Origin: Octopus sinensis
Lineage: Eukaryota
DNA length: 64,000 bases
NCBI RefSeq assembly: GCF_006345805.1
Contig: NC_043007.1
Location: 54,002,001 to 54,066,000, forward strand
Direction: 5' to 3'
Below are positions 13,801-26,959 of the stretch, one piece after another. Position 1 is the stretch's first letter. Each line of letters opens with the position of its first letter. Position numbers and translations under genes: made by a program. Under the pieces are notes generated by a model, which saw only the letters and a list, made by a program, of their open reading frames with translations, did no database searches and was not told the origin of the DNA.

Positions 13801-16781
13801 ACCGACAGCCTTTATTGACACCCCAAATATCTCACCAGTGCTTCTGCTGAATGTCAGAGGTCTGGTGAAACCCACTAATATGAGTAAAATTCCTTACCTT
13901 AGGGACTTAAGCACAAGCAACCATGCAATATGCATAGCGCTGACTGAAACGCACCTGTCAAGCAGTATAGCAGATGCAGAAATACACGTACCAAAGTATA
14001 CTGTTTTTCGGTCAGACAGGAAGGAAAGAACTCATGGTGGGGTTGCCCTGTACGTCCGTGAAGATGTCACACCCATAGTACTGTTGACACACTCAAACTC
14101 AGTCTGTGACACACTGATAGTACACATGAAACAACCGAAAATAGTAATATGTGTCACATATCGGCCACCAGACACCCCTAGTCATGAGGGAGTGTTTGAA
14201 GATAGCCTCAGAAGAATAGAAGAAGTCCTGGACAAACTGGACCAGGGTAACACCATTCTACTGCTGGGAGATTTTAACCTTCCGAAAGTCAAATGGCCAG
14301 ATGGCCATCTCCTCCCTGGAATGACATCACTTGAACAGAGACAGACAGAGTCCTTGTTGGCTCTCACACGCAAGTTTTTCATGGAACAAGCAGTGCTTCG
14401 GCCAACAAGAGGTGAGAATGTCTTGGACCTCTGTTTCACAAGCAACCCGATGCTCATCCACAACATAATGGTAACACCTACAATTCTCTCAGATCACAAC
14501 TTAGTAGAGGTAATGATATATGGTATGAGAGAGTTAGTTGAGACGCAGCCATTAGAAAATACCACAGGCCTATCCAGTCTAAACTTCCATAAGGCAAACT
14601 GGAAGAAGATCAACGAAGAGATCCGAAAACATGACTGGAGTGACTTCATCACCACACAAGACACCAACACACATTTCCAACATTCATGACAACAATACAG
14701 AACATATGCCATAAGTTTGTCCGGAGAAAAAAGCCAGCGGGCATAGGAACGTTATTCCAGAGACAGGAAAATACTTATGAGGCGAAGAGCTAAGCTCTCG
14801 AAGCAACTGAATGCACGGCAGAGAAACAATGAGGGACTCCACCTGAAACTTTTTGAAACGGAAACTGCACTCAAACTTTCCTATGAGAAGGAGAGGGCAG
14901 AGAGAGAAGCCAGGGCCATAGAGAATATTAAAACAAACCCTAAAGCTTTCTTTAAATTTGCGAAAGAAACCACCTCGGTACACTGCAAGATTGGCCCACT
15001 CTTTGATAAAAAGGGCTCTCTAACTGAGGACCCCAAGGGATAAGTGAAATACTAAAGGAACAGTATAAAAGTGTGTTCACATCCCCTCTGGGGGACATGC
15101 AAATCACAAACCCAGAAGTTTTCTTTGATGCCACAACACTCCAAAACCAAACAACAACCATCGACCACATAGACATAACAGAGAGGGATGTAATATCTGC
15201 CATAGAAGAAATGAGAATAAACTCAGCTGCTGGACCAGATGGATTCCCAGCAGTCCTCCTAATACATGCAGGCATGCCCTAGCGGGACACTGAAGATGCT
15301 CTTCAGTGGTTCCTTGGCTAACGGTAAACTGCCCAGGGCGCTAAAAGAAGGCACCATATGCCCTATCCACAAAGGAGGGAGTAGAGCAGAGGCAAAAACT
15401 ACAGGCCAGTCTCCCTGACGTCACATAAGTAAGGTCATGGAATGAATCATCAGAAAAAAACTGATCACGTTCCTCGAAGAAACTAACCGTCTCACTGACA
15501 CACAGCATGGCTTTCGCCCAGGAAGAAGCTGCCTTACGCAGCTGTTACAACACTACGACTGGGTACTGAAACAACTACTGGATCGCTCACAGGTGGATGT
15601 GGTATATCTCGACTTTGCGAAGGCCTTTGACAAAGTCGACTACGGAGTGATATGTCACAAATTACTCAGACTCGGCATAACAGGAAAAGTAGGTGAGTGG
15701 ATACATGACTTCCTGAAGGACAGAAGCCAGATGGTTGCAGCCAATGGAGCCCTCTCGGGAAAGACACCAATAGCAAGCGGGGTGCCACAGGGCACAGTCT
15801 TGGGACCCTTGCTGTTTTTGGTGGCGCTCTCTGACATGCCCTTGGTAGCACAAACAACATCCCTCACTAGCTATGCTGATGACACAAAGGTAGCATAGGC
15901 AATCAAAAACCCAGCTGATGCTGACCTTTTAACAAGATCTGGATGCCATATACAAATGGGCTGAAGACAACAACATGCAATTTAATGCTGGTAAATTTCA
16001 AGCCTTACAATATCAAGCTGTAAACACATATACATTACAACACAACTATACTGGTCCAGGAGGGATCGAAATCCCAGTATCGAAATCAATACGGGACCTG
16101 GGGATAGACATGAGTGACGATGCATCTTTTTCTTCACACATCGCGAAGGTGGCAACAATGTGCAGACGACTCACTGGCTGGATCCTGAGGACATTCCGGA
16201 CAAGAGCCTGCGAGACCATGTTGACACTATGGAGGACATTTGTCCTAAGCCGCCTAGACTACTGCTCCCAACTGTGGTCACCGCATAGTGTCAAACTAAC
16301 CACAGAGCTTGAGACAATCCAAAGACATTTCACCAAGAGGATTTCCACCATGAAAGAAAAGAACTATTGGGAGAGGCTTAGGGAACTCAATTTGTACTCC
16401 TTGGAACGAAGACGAGAGAGATATGCAGTGATATACATATGGAAAATCCTGGAGGGACTAGCACCAAATTTTGGAATTGAGAGCTGTTCCAATCCCCGTA
16501 CAGGACGTCACTGTGTGGTGCCAAAGGTCCCGTCTTCCACATCCAGGGTAAGGAGCAGATACTGTAATAGCCTGGGGTTCAGGGGCCCTCAGCTGTTCAA
16601 CAAACTGCCAAGAAAACTAAGAGATTTACATGATGCGGATGTGGACATTTTCAAAAAACATCTAGACAAGCTGCTTTCCGGGATCCCAGATGAACCCACT
16701 GCAAGGTACGAAGGTAACCTAAGGGCAGCAGCTACAAACTCTCTCTTAGATCAGTGGCCAGCCACGGCAAACTGGACTTAG
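13790..16781 (+). pseudogene. LINE ORF2 (APE endonuclease plus RT), multiple indels and stops
   Basis: LLLNVRGL, ALTETHL, LGDFNLP, SDHN, YLDFAKAFDKV, SGVPQGTVLGP, YADD. Confidence 0.95.
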
Positions 16782-16868
16782 AGAGGGTAGCAACAAGGGC
16801 GGTGCCCCAGCATGGCCTCAGCCGGATGGCTGAAACAAGTAAAAGAGTAAAAGAGTATATATATATAT

Positions 16869-16903
<35 letters not shown>

Positions 16904-16950
16904 TTTGTTTTTTATATATATATATATATATATATCTATATATATATATT

Positions 16951-18465
16951 CTTTTATTCTTTTATTCTTTTACTTGTTTCAGCCATCCGGCTGAGGCCAT
17001 GCTGGGGCACCGCCCTTGTTGCTACCCTCTCTAAGTCCAGTTTGCCGTGGCTGGCCACTGATCTAAGAGAGAGTTTGTAGCTGCTGCCCTTAGGTTACCT
17101 TCGTACCTTGCAGTGGGTTCATCTGGGATCCCGGAAAGCAGCTTGTCTAGATGTTTTTTGAAAAAGTCCACATCCGCATCATGTAGATCTCTTAGTTTTC
17201 TTGGCAGTTTGTTGAAAAGCTGAGGGCCCCTGAACCCCAGGCTATTACAGTATCTGCTCCTTACTCTGGATGTGGAAGACGGGACCTTTGGCACCACACA
17301 GTGACGTCCTGTACGGGGATTGGAACAGCTCTCAATTCCAAAATTTGGTGCTAGTCCCTCCAGGATTTTCCATATGTATATCACTGCATATCTCTCTCGT
17401 CTTCGTTCCAAGGAGTACAAATTGAGTTCCCTAAGCCTCTCCCAATAGTTCTTTTCTTTCATGGTGGAAATCCTCTTGGTGAAATGTCTTTGGATTGTCT
17501 CATCTCTGTGGTTAGTTTGACACTATGCGGTGACCACAGTTGGGAGCAGTAGTCCAGGCGGCTTAGGACAAATGTCCTCCATAGTGTCAACATGGTCTCG
17601 CAGTCTCTTGTCCGGAATGTCCTCAGGATCCAGCCAGTGAGTCGTCTGCACATTGTCGCCACCTTCGCGATGTGTGAAGAAAAAGATGCATCGTCACTCA
17701 TGTCTATCCCCAGGTCCCGTATTGATTTCGATACTGGGATTTCGATCCCTCCTGGACCAGTATAGTTGTGTTGTAATGTATATGTGTTTACAGCTTGATA
17801 TTGTAAGGCTTGAAATTTACCAGCATTAAATTGCATGTTGTTGTCTTCAGCCCATTTGTATATGGCATCCAGATCTTGTTGTAAAAGGTCAGCATCAGCG
17901 GTTTTTGATTGCCTGTGCTACCTTTGTGTCATCAGCATAGCTAGTGAGGGATGTTGTTTGTGCTACCAAGGGCATGTCAGAGAGCGCCACCAAAAACAGC
18001 AAGGGTCCCTAGACTGTGCCCTGTGGCACCCCGCTTGCTATTGGTGTCTTTCCCGAGAGGGCTCCATTGGCTGCAACCATCTGGCTTCTGTCCTCAGGAA
18101 GTCATGTATCCACTCACCTACTTTTCCTGTTATGCCGAGTCTGAGTAATTGTGACATATCACTCCGTGGTCGACTTTGTCAAAGGCCTTCGCAAAGTCGA
18201 GATATACCACATCCACCTGTGAGCGATCCAGTAGTTGTTTCAGTACCCAGTCGTAGTGTTGTAACAGCTGCGTAAGGCAGCTTCTTCCTGGGCGAAAGCC
18301 ATGCTGTGTGTCAGTGAGACGGTTAGTTTCTTCGAGGAACGTGATCAGTTTTTTTCTGATGATTCGTTCCATGACCTTACTTATGTGTGACGTCAGGGAG
18401 ACTGGCCTGTAGTTTTTGGCCTCTGCTCTACTCCCTCCTTTGTGGATAGGGCATATGGTGCCTTC

Positions 18466-18469
<4 letters not shown>
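16951..18469 (-). mobile_element. 5'-truncated copy of the same LINE, tail-to-tail with copy 2
   Basis: Reverse complement of 15343-16856 with few substitutions and indels; translated ORFs nearly identical. Confidence 0.95.
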
Positions 18470-18541
<72 letters not shown>

Positions 18542-18588
18542 TTATTTATTTATTTATTAATATATATAATATATTATTTATTTATTTA

Positions 18589-18619
<31 letters not shown>

Positions 18620-18811
18620 TCTTGTTGCTTCTTTTCTCGTTTATAATCACCCCACACTACTGTTTTGGTTAACACCATATAGTTTTCTGGTGCATCTAAG
18701 TTAAGTCCATATTAAGGTGAATTCAGTTAGAACTGACTTGAATCTTAATTGCTTTTAGATATATATATATATATATATATATAAGATATATATATATATA
18801 TATAAATAAAA

Positions 18812-18950
18812 CTGAGGGCAGCTGCATCGAACTCTCTCATGCCCAAATGGCAATTGCTAAAAAGCATTCGTGAAGTAATCATGTAGCAACACCAAATGGC
18901 GGTGCCCCAGCATGGCCACAGCTAGTGAGCTGAAACTAGATAAATAAATT
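18812..18950 (+). mobile_element. Short 3' fragment of a related CR1-group LINE
   Basis: Encodes LRAAASNSL (copy 2 has LRAAATNSL), followed by the GGCGGTGCCCCAGCATGGCC tail. Confidence 0.8.
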
Positions 18951-18979
18951 TTTAAAAAAAATATATTTTATTATATTAT

Positions 18980-19024
<45 letters not shown>

Positions 19025-19239
19025 CATATGTTCTCTCTCTCTCACTCTCTCATTCATCTACAAGCTGTAGTCCTGAGCGCAGATAAGTTGAATGCTTAAT
19101 TTTCACTTCGGCTACCATTTATTTATGTTTCTCTATCTGTCTAACTATGTATCAAATTTCTCTATCTATCTAATTTCTCTATCTAATTTCTCTATCTATC
19201 TATCTATCTATCTTCATTCGTCTAAAATCAAACTTCGTA

Positions 19240-19740
19240 TCTTCGCGGTGCACCCACCCTGCCCACCCCCACCACCAATACCGGATATCTCTATATTTTG
19301 CTCCATCTATACCGGATGTCGCTTCTCCCACCACCATTATAGGTGTCTACTCTTCGAACCCCCCTCTTCAATACGCTATTTCACCATGCATTACCCCTCT
19401 CTCGATATCCTACGTTCTACTTGCCTAGAACCTGTCATCATTTCTCTGAACCACCCCTCCCCACTGGTGCTCCCTATATTTCTGCACCTCCCCACCACCA
19501 CATAAAGAGCACCATCCGAACGTGGCCGATGCCAGACTCCTGGCACCTGTGCAGGTGGCACGTAAAAAACACCCACTACACTCGCGGAGTCGTTGGCGTT
19601 AGGAAGGGCATCCAGCTGTAGAAACACTGCCAGACTAGACTGGAGCCTGGGGCAGTCCCGAGCTCCCCAGACCCCGGTCGAAACCGTCCAACCCGTTCTA
19701 GCGCGGAAAACGGACGTTAAACGATGATGATGATGATGAT
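19240..19740 (+). mobile_element. C-rich body plus RTE-derived 3' tail
   Basis: Body resembles 42640-43000; tail at 19505-19740 matches the RTE 3'UTR and ends in (GAT)n. Confidence 0.75.
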
Positions 19741-19800
19741 ATATTTATATATATATATATATTATATATATATATATATATTATATATATATATATAATA

Positions 19801-21449
19801 TCTCTATTATAAAAGGCAGATTTTATCTGCCTCCCTTTGTAACTTGATAGAATCTACAATATAGGATTTCTTCAATTACAATTTACCTAGCATTTTTAAG
19901 AGTAGAATGCATCGGGTCATGCCAGGTCCAGTTTTTAAAATTTAAACTCCAATTAAGCAAAATTTACAGAAAACTCACATTCTGGTGGTATGTCAAATGC
20001 TTTTCTTAATGTGGTTTACACCACACGCACACGCACACACACAGTGTGCAACGAATAAAATGAAAGTAAATAGCGACAGAGTGATTTGAGGAAGACTAAA
20101 CTGAAAGTATTTAAACCACTACTCAAAAAATAAAAAAACACAGCAAACAAACAAATAAATACATAACGATTTACTCCTCACACAATTCTTCAATTAGAGT
20201 TTACCTAAGATTTTTCAAAGTACTTCATTCGCTCATGCCATAATATATTTCTTTCAATTTCACCCCCAATTAAGAAAAATTCGAGAGAAAAGAAAACTCA
20301 AATTTAAACATTTCACTCCGAAAGCATTGATGTACATGGTGTGAGTGTGTGTGTGTGTGTGTTTGATGGGTTGTGCGACAGAAAGTGTGGTGTGTAAGTG
20401 AAGTGCTTTTGTTAGTGTGTGTAAAGAGACAGACAGAGTGAAAGACAGAAATAACTGAACTTTTTTTATTCACTTTTTGTAGTGAGTGACTGAGAGAGAA
20501 AAGAGAGAGATAGGTTATGTATGTATATATGTATGTATGGCTTCAGTGACACACACACAAAAACACATACCTACGTACACCTAAAGCACGCACACACACA
20601 CACACACAAGCGGAGCGCGAACTTCAAAATTTTAGTAGTATTAATTTGCCAGCGTACTTCTAAGCGCGCGTAATTGAAACTTTTCACTATGATATCATCA
20701 CGTGCGAAAAAATTCGAAGGATTTTGAACAATTGAGATACAGATGTCACGCCTGTATTGAAACCATTGCTAAGCTGCCGTAATTGCTTAATTAAGACTTT
20801 GTTTAAATGAAAAGGGGCAAATATGTGACGAGGTTGAAAAAAAAATACCCCAGAAAAAAAAATGTACTGCTGGTATTTATATAATTCACTACTATTTTGC
20901 TACAATGTCATGAAAAAGAGAAAAATTTAGGTATGTAAATCGAATTCGCCACCCCCTTTTCCCCGTTCGCGTTTGGTTAAAAAAAATTATTATTTAAGTT
21001 TTAAAAATTATTTACTTTGCTCAAAAAAATATTAATATTAATTAATTTTCAAGAATTATTTAATTTTATTCTGTAAAATAGTAATTAATTCATTTATCTG
21101 TAAATCCGCGAGGTTGTTATTCAGGGCACCTAGAATGGTAACCTTCAACTAACGCTATCTCCGAGACCCAGCGGCGCAAGTTGACCAAAATTGAGAGTAT
21201 GGTAGAAGAAGGGTTGCTCTTCCTTCGTAGAACATAAAATTCAAATCGAACCATGTTAACACCAAAAATTATTTACATCAAAAAGATGCTTTTTCTATGA
21301 AAATCCCTATTTTTTACGATTTTTTCACTGCTGTGTCGCCACTTTTCGGTGTATTTCGACCAGAAAAATGTTCACAAAATTTTTATTTTTCAAAATTACA
21401 ATTCCAGGGGGTCGAAACAAACCCGAGCAACGCCGGGCGATACTGCTAG
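19801..21449 (+). mobile_element. Non-autonomous Helitron
   Basis: A|TC start; CCCGAGCAACGCCGGG hairpin followed by CTAG|T end. Confidence 0.85.
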
Positions 21450-21459
21450 TATATATATA

Positions 21460-23072
21460 TCTCTTATTATAAAAGGCAGATTTTATCTGCCTCCCTTTGT
21501 CAGTTATAGAAATCTACAATATAGGATTTCTTCAATTACAATTTACCTATCATTTTTAAGAGTAGAATGCATCGGGTCATGCCAGGTCCAGTTTTTAAAA
21601 TTTCAACCCCTATTAAGCAAAATTTACAGAAAACTCACATTGTGGTGTATGAGTCAAATGCTTCTCTTAATGTGGGCTACAGCACTCGCACACACACACA
21701 CACAAAAAGGGAGCGATCTCATTCACTCACGCTATCACTCATTTCTACGACTTTCTCTTTGCAAGTAAAGTGAAACTAATTCGATAAAACGAGAGAAGTG
21801 TACCTTAAACCACTACTAAAAAAAAAAACAGCAAACAGAAACAAATAAATACATAACGATTTACTCCTCACACAATTTCTTCAATTAGAGTGTACCCATG
21901 ATTTTTCAGAGTACTTCCAGTGGGTGATGCCATAAAAAATTTCTTTCAATTTTACCACAATTAAGACAAAATTCGAGAAAACTCAATATTTTAACATTTC
22001 ACTCCGAAGCATTGATGTACATGTGTGCGTGCGTGAGTGTGTGTGTCATTCCTCACACACACACATACACATACATATATGAGAGTGGCAAACACAAACG
22101 TTTCAAACAACTACATACAAACACGGTGTGTTTGTTATTAGAAAAAAGGCGCCAAAACACAACTCACTTATCATTCCAACACATTTGCTAACAATACAGA
22201 AAAGGTTAAATTGGTTTTGATTTTACTCTGTATATATTTTATTATATAATATTATATATAGATATATGTATATATAATTGCAGTATGAAAGAGTGTTTAT
22301 GTATAAACAGACGACACTTATATATAGTTATTAATAAATGTATGCATCCGTTTAACCCTTTCGTTACCAAACCGCCCGAATTTACCTATTCATATTTAAA
22401 TGAGAATATCAGAGTAAATCTCTTTAGTACATTCGTGAAAACACGTATTATACTTCGTAAAGAGTTCAACTACAGTTTTGTACAAAAATCGAAGTGTAAT
22501 TTTAATTCCGTGAATTATGGGAGATTTTCTTCCGAAATTTGTTCCTATTGTGTTTTCAAAATTTGTAATTCTGACAAAAAACGGATACGAATTTCATTAT
22601 ATCAAGCAGCGAGTCAGAATTCGAAGGATTTTCTACTGAAGACCTTCATAAATCTAACTCTATGACTGAAAAAAAATAGCATCTTTATATAAGAGTGAAG
22701 TTGTGTGTCTGGTCCTACGATTAGATTCGTAACTACTCCCACATTTTGCGGTGCAGTTTAACCAAAAGCGTGTATCTTATAGTCGTGATTCATATTGAGC
22801 CCTTCTGGGTATTAGCGCGCGTCTACAATGAGTCTACGATTAAAAAAAAATTTACCATCATATTTTTCCATTTTAATGCATTTTTTCGCTTTTATATAAG
22901 GGAAGTAACTCTCTAAAAATATCTACGATGTGTCAACGATTTAAAAAAATATTTACCTTAATTTTTTTTCAATTTTCAATGCATTTTTTGCTATTTTTTG
23001 GCTATAACTCTCTAAAAATGCTTATATAGTTTTTCCCTTAAACACCCGAGCAACGCCGGGCGATACTGCTAG
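21460..23072 (+). mobile_element. Composite non-autonomous Helitron (probable internal 5' end at 22682)
   Basis: First ~560 bp resemble 19801-20350; same hairpin and CTAG terminus at 23045-23072. Confidence 0.8.
22356..22675 (+). mobile_element. Left-end fragment of a piggyBac-like MITE
   Basis: TTAA-CCCTTTCGTTACC; similar to 33017-33330. Confidence 0.75.
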
Positions 23073-23099
23073 TATATATATATATATATATATATATAG

Positions 23100-23131
<32 letters not shown>

Positions 23132-23196
23132 CATATATATGTATATATATGTAGCAAAAATACAAGGATTACGTTATTAAAAATAAACTAAGTCAC

Positions 23197-23235
23197 AAGA
23201 AATTTGAAGAGCTAACTGCGAAACCGGTATTTCTT
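23197..23235 (+). ncRNA. Variant minimal hammerhead ribozyme
   Basis: AAGAAA-t-TTGAAGA-GC/GC-GAA-ACCGGT-A-TTTCTT; C3U change plus an extra base, palindromic stem III. Confidence 0.5.
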
Positions 23236-23405
23236 TAAAAATTATAAAATTATGTCATTTTAAGGAGGAAAAAAATTTTTCCAATATTCTCCAGACATTT
23301 TGACGCAAATATATATATTTTTTAACATTTAAGCCTTCTGTCGTTTTTTCACTCTTTACTATTTTCTTATATATTCACCCACGTGCTTACCAAACAACTT
23401 TCTTA

Positions 23406-23409
<4 letters not shown>

Positions 23410-23458
<49 letters not shown>

Positions 23459-23462
23459 GTAT

Positions 23463-23520
<58 letters not shown>

Positions 23521-23614
23521 GATTGATTGATTGATTGATTGATTCTACTTTCAGCTTATGAGCTGTGGCCATGCTGGGGCACCGCCATGCTGGGACACCG
23601 CCATATATATATAT

Positions 23615-23671
<57 letters not shown>

Positions 23672-23697
23672 ATATATAAATTATTATATATAATATA

Positions 23698-23771
<74 letters not shown>

Positions 23772-23789
23772 TTTATATAATATATATAT

Positions 23790-23820
<31 letters not shown>

Positions 23821-24205
23821 TATATAATATATATATATATATATTTGTATATATATATATATATTGTATATATATATATATTTGTATATATATATATATA
23901 TATATATATTTGTATATATATATATTTATATATATATATTTATATATATGATATATATATATTTATATATATATAATATATATTTATATATATATATTAT
24001 ATATATATATTTATATAGATATATATTATATATATATTTATATATATTATAATATATATATATATATTTATATATAATATATTATATATTTATATTTAAT
24101 ATAATATATATATATTTATATATTTATATTTATATATATATATATATATTATAATATATATATATATATATTTATATTATATATATATATATATTATATA
24201 TATAT

Positions 24206-24292
<87 letters not shown>

Positions 24293-24349
24293 AATATATT
24301 ATATATATATTAATATATATTTATTCTATATATATATATATATATTATT

Positions 24350-24380
<31 letters not shown>

Positions 24381-24512
24381 TTATATATATATATATATAT
24401 TATTTATATATATATTAATATATATATTAATATATATATATATATATTATATAATATATATATATATTTATATATATATATATATATATTTTATATATAT
24501 ATATTATATTTA

Positions 24513-24543
<31 letters not shown>

Positions 24544-24598
24544 ATTGATATATATATATTATATTATTATATATATATTTAGATATATATATATAATT

Positions 24599-24635
<37 letters not shown>

Positions 24636-24652
24636 ATAATATTTATTATATA

Positions 24653-24702
<50 letters not shown>

Positions 24703-24790
24703 ATATTATATATATATATATATATATTATTTATATATATATATATTTATATATATATATATTATTTATATATATATATAATAATTTATA
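23410..24790. repeat. Long imperfect (TA)n tract containing a LINE/SINE tail remnant at 23521-23586 (-)
   Basis: Direct inspection. Confidence 0.95.
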
Positions 24791-24821
24791 TACATACATC
24801 CATATGTATACATGTATATAA

Positions 24822-25070
24822 TGGAGGCACAATGACTGCGCTTTGTGAGTGTTTCCTGAGCGAAAACACCTGAAGCGCCACAAGGTTCTGGCAGGGAGTG
24901 GTGGTGATCCCTTCTGTACTCTTTTGCCACAACTTTCTCTTCACTCTTCCTTTAGTTGGCCTGCTCGCTTAGCCAGCGAGGTGGCGTCATTTGAAGGCTA
25001 AAACAATGCGCTTTGCATTGTGACCAGCGATGTGTAGCAACATCTGATAGCCTGGTCGGTCATGGTGATA
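24822..25070 (+). mobile_element. Probable SINE of a second family with a deleted tRNA head
   Basis: GGAGGCACAATG start and TTGTGAGTGTTT..GAGCGAAAACACCT body resemble octopus tRNA-SINEs as recalled; not verified. Confidence 0.45.
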
Positions 25071-25674
25071 TACATGTATATATATACAGCTATATGTATA
25101 CATCTATCTATCTATCTATCTATCTCTCTCTCTATATATATATACATACATATATATATATATATTATATATATATACATATATATATATACATATATAT
25201 ATACACACGCATGTAAATTTAAAATAATAAGGGTGAAAAATTGAATATTAATTTGATTAATATGAATTTAAAACCAGTGGTATAGCATATAAGACCATAG
25301 TGGATCTTCTAGCATGGACCCTAAGTAAGGCCTGTGTAAAATTTAAATGAAATTGGTTGTGTAGTTCTCAAGTTTTAGGGATACACACAGACAGACAGAC
25401 ATTCTCAGTTTTATATATATATATATGTATACACACATAAAGATAAATTGATAGATACAACTGAGTGGGCAAACAAAAATATGAGACACTGCGTAGTGCT
25501 TTTGTTTATTTTGATAAGCCTGGTAGTTATTGTATCAGTTTCTTCTTGGGAAACCAGTAAGTCATGGGGCTGTAAATAAACAAACAGCAGTTGTGAAGCA
25601 GTGATGAGGGAGAAACACAAAGACACACACATAGACTTACATATATACATACATATATATATACAATTGATTTC

Positions 25675-25828
25675 TTTCAGTTTCTGTCTACAAAATCCAC
25701 TGACAAGGCTTTGGTTGGTCTGAAGCTATAACAGAAGACACATGCCAAGTTACCACACAGTGGGACTGAACTCAGGGGCATGTGTTTTGGAACCAAGTTT
25801 GTTACGACACAACCACACCTGCACCTAT
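25675..25828 (-). mobile_element. tRNA-SINE, 5' half
   Basis: Homologous to 36240-36395; B-box-like GTTCAGTCCC. Confidence 0.8.
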
Positions 25829-25973
25829 GTGTGTGTGTGTGACTGGGTGTGTGTGTATGCATGTATATATGTATGCATGTAAATATGTGTACATATATAT
25901 ATATATATGTACATATTACATGTACATCTATATATATACATTATATCTCTAGAAATACATCTATACATATACA

Positions 25974-26058
<85 letters not shown>

Positions 26059-26196
26059 TCTATATATATATATATATATATATACATCAATATATATACA
26101 TGTATATATATATATACATCTATCTATCTATCTATCTAATCTATCTGTCTATCTATATCTATCTATCTATCTATATCTATCTCTCTCTCTCTCTCT

Positions 26197-26611
26197 TTTA
26201 CTCTTTTACTCTTTACTCTTTTACTTGTTTCAGTCATTTGACTGCGGCCACGCTGGAGCACCGCCTTTAATCGAGCAACTCGACCCCGGGACTTATTCTT
26301 TTTGTAAGCCCAGTACTTATTTTATCGGTCTCTTTTTTTGCCGAACCGCTAAGTGACGGGGACGTAAACACACCAGCATCGGTTGTCAAGCAATGCTAGG
26401 GGGACAAACATAGACACACACACACACATATATATATATACATATATACGACAGGCTTCTTTCAGTTTCCATCTACCAAATCCACTCACAAGGCTTTGGT
26501 CGGCCCGAGGCTATAGAAGAAGACACTTGCCCAAGGTGCCACGCAGTGGGACTGAACCCAGAACCATGTGGTTGGTTAGCAAGCTACTTCCACACAGCCA
26601 CTCCTGCGCCT
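26197..26611 (-). mobile_element. Full-length tRNA-derived SINE with LINE-like tail
   Basis: A box TGGCTGTGTGG, B box GGTTCAGTCCC, central microsatellite, (GTAAAAGA)n tail. Confidence 0.9.
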
Positions 26612-26653
26612 ATCTATACATCTATCTATCTATATATTATTATATATAATAAT

Positions 26654-26690
<37 letters not shown>

Positions 26691-26959
26691 CTATCCATAT
26701 ATATATATATATATATATATATATCTATCCATCTATTATATATATATATATATATATATATCTACCTCTATATATATATATATATATATATATCTATCCA
26801 TCTATATATATATATCTATCCATCTATATATATATATATATATATATCTATCCATCTATATATATATATATATATATATATCTATCCATCTATATATATT
26901 ATATATATATATATCCATCCATATATATATATATATATATAATATATATATATAATAAT

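Larger units (their letters stand above)
12465..16858 (+). mobile_element. Near full-length CR1-group LINE, copy 2
   Basis: Pyrimidine-rich leader, ORF1, APE, RT, C-terminal LDYCSQLWSP...YSLERRRERY, and a (GTAAAAGA)n tail. Confidence 0.95.
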
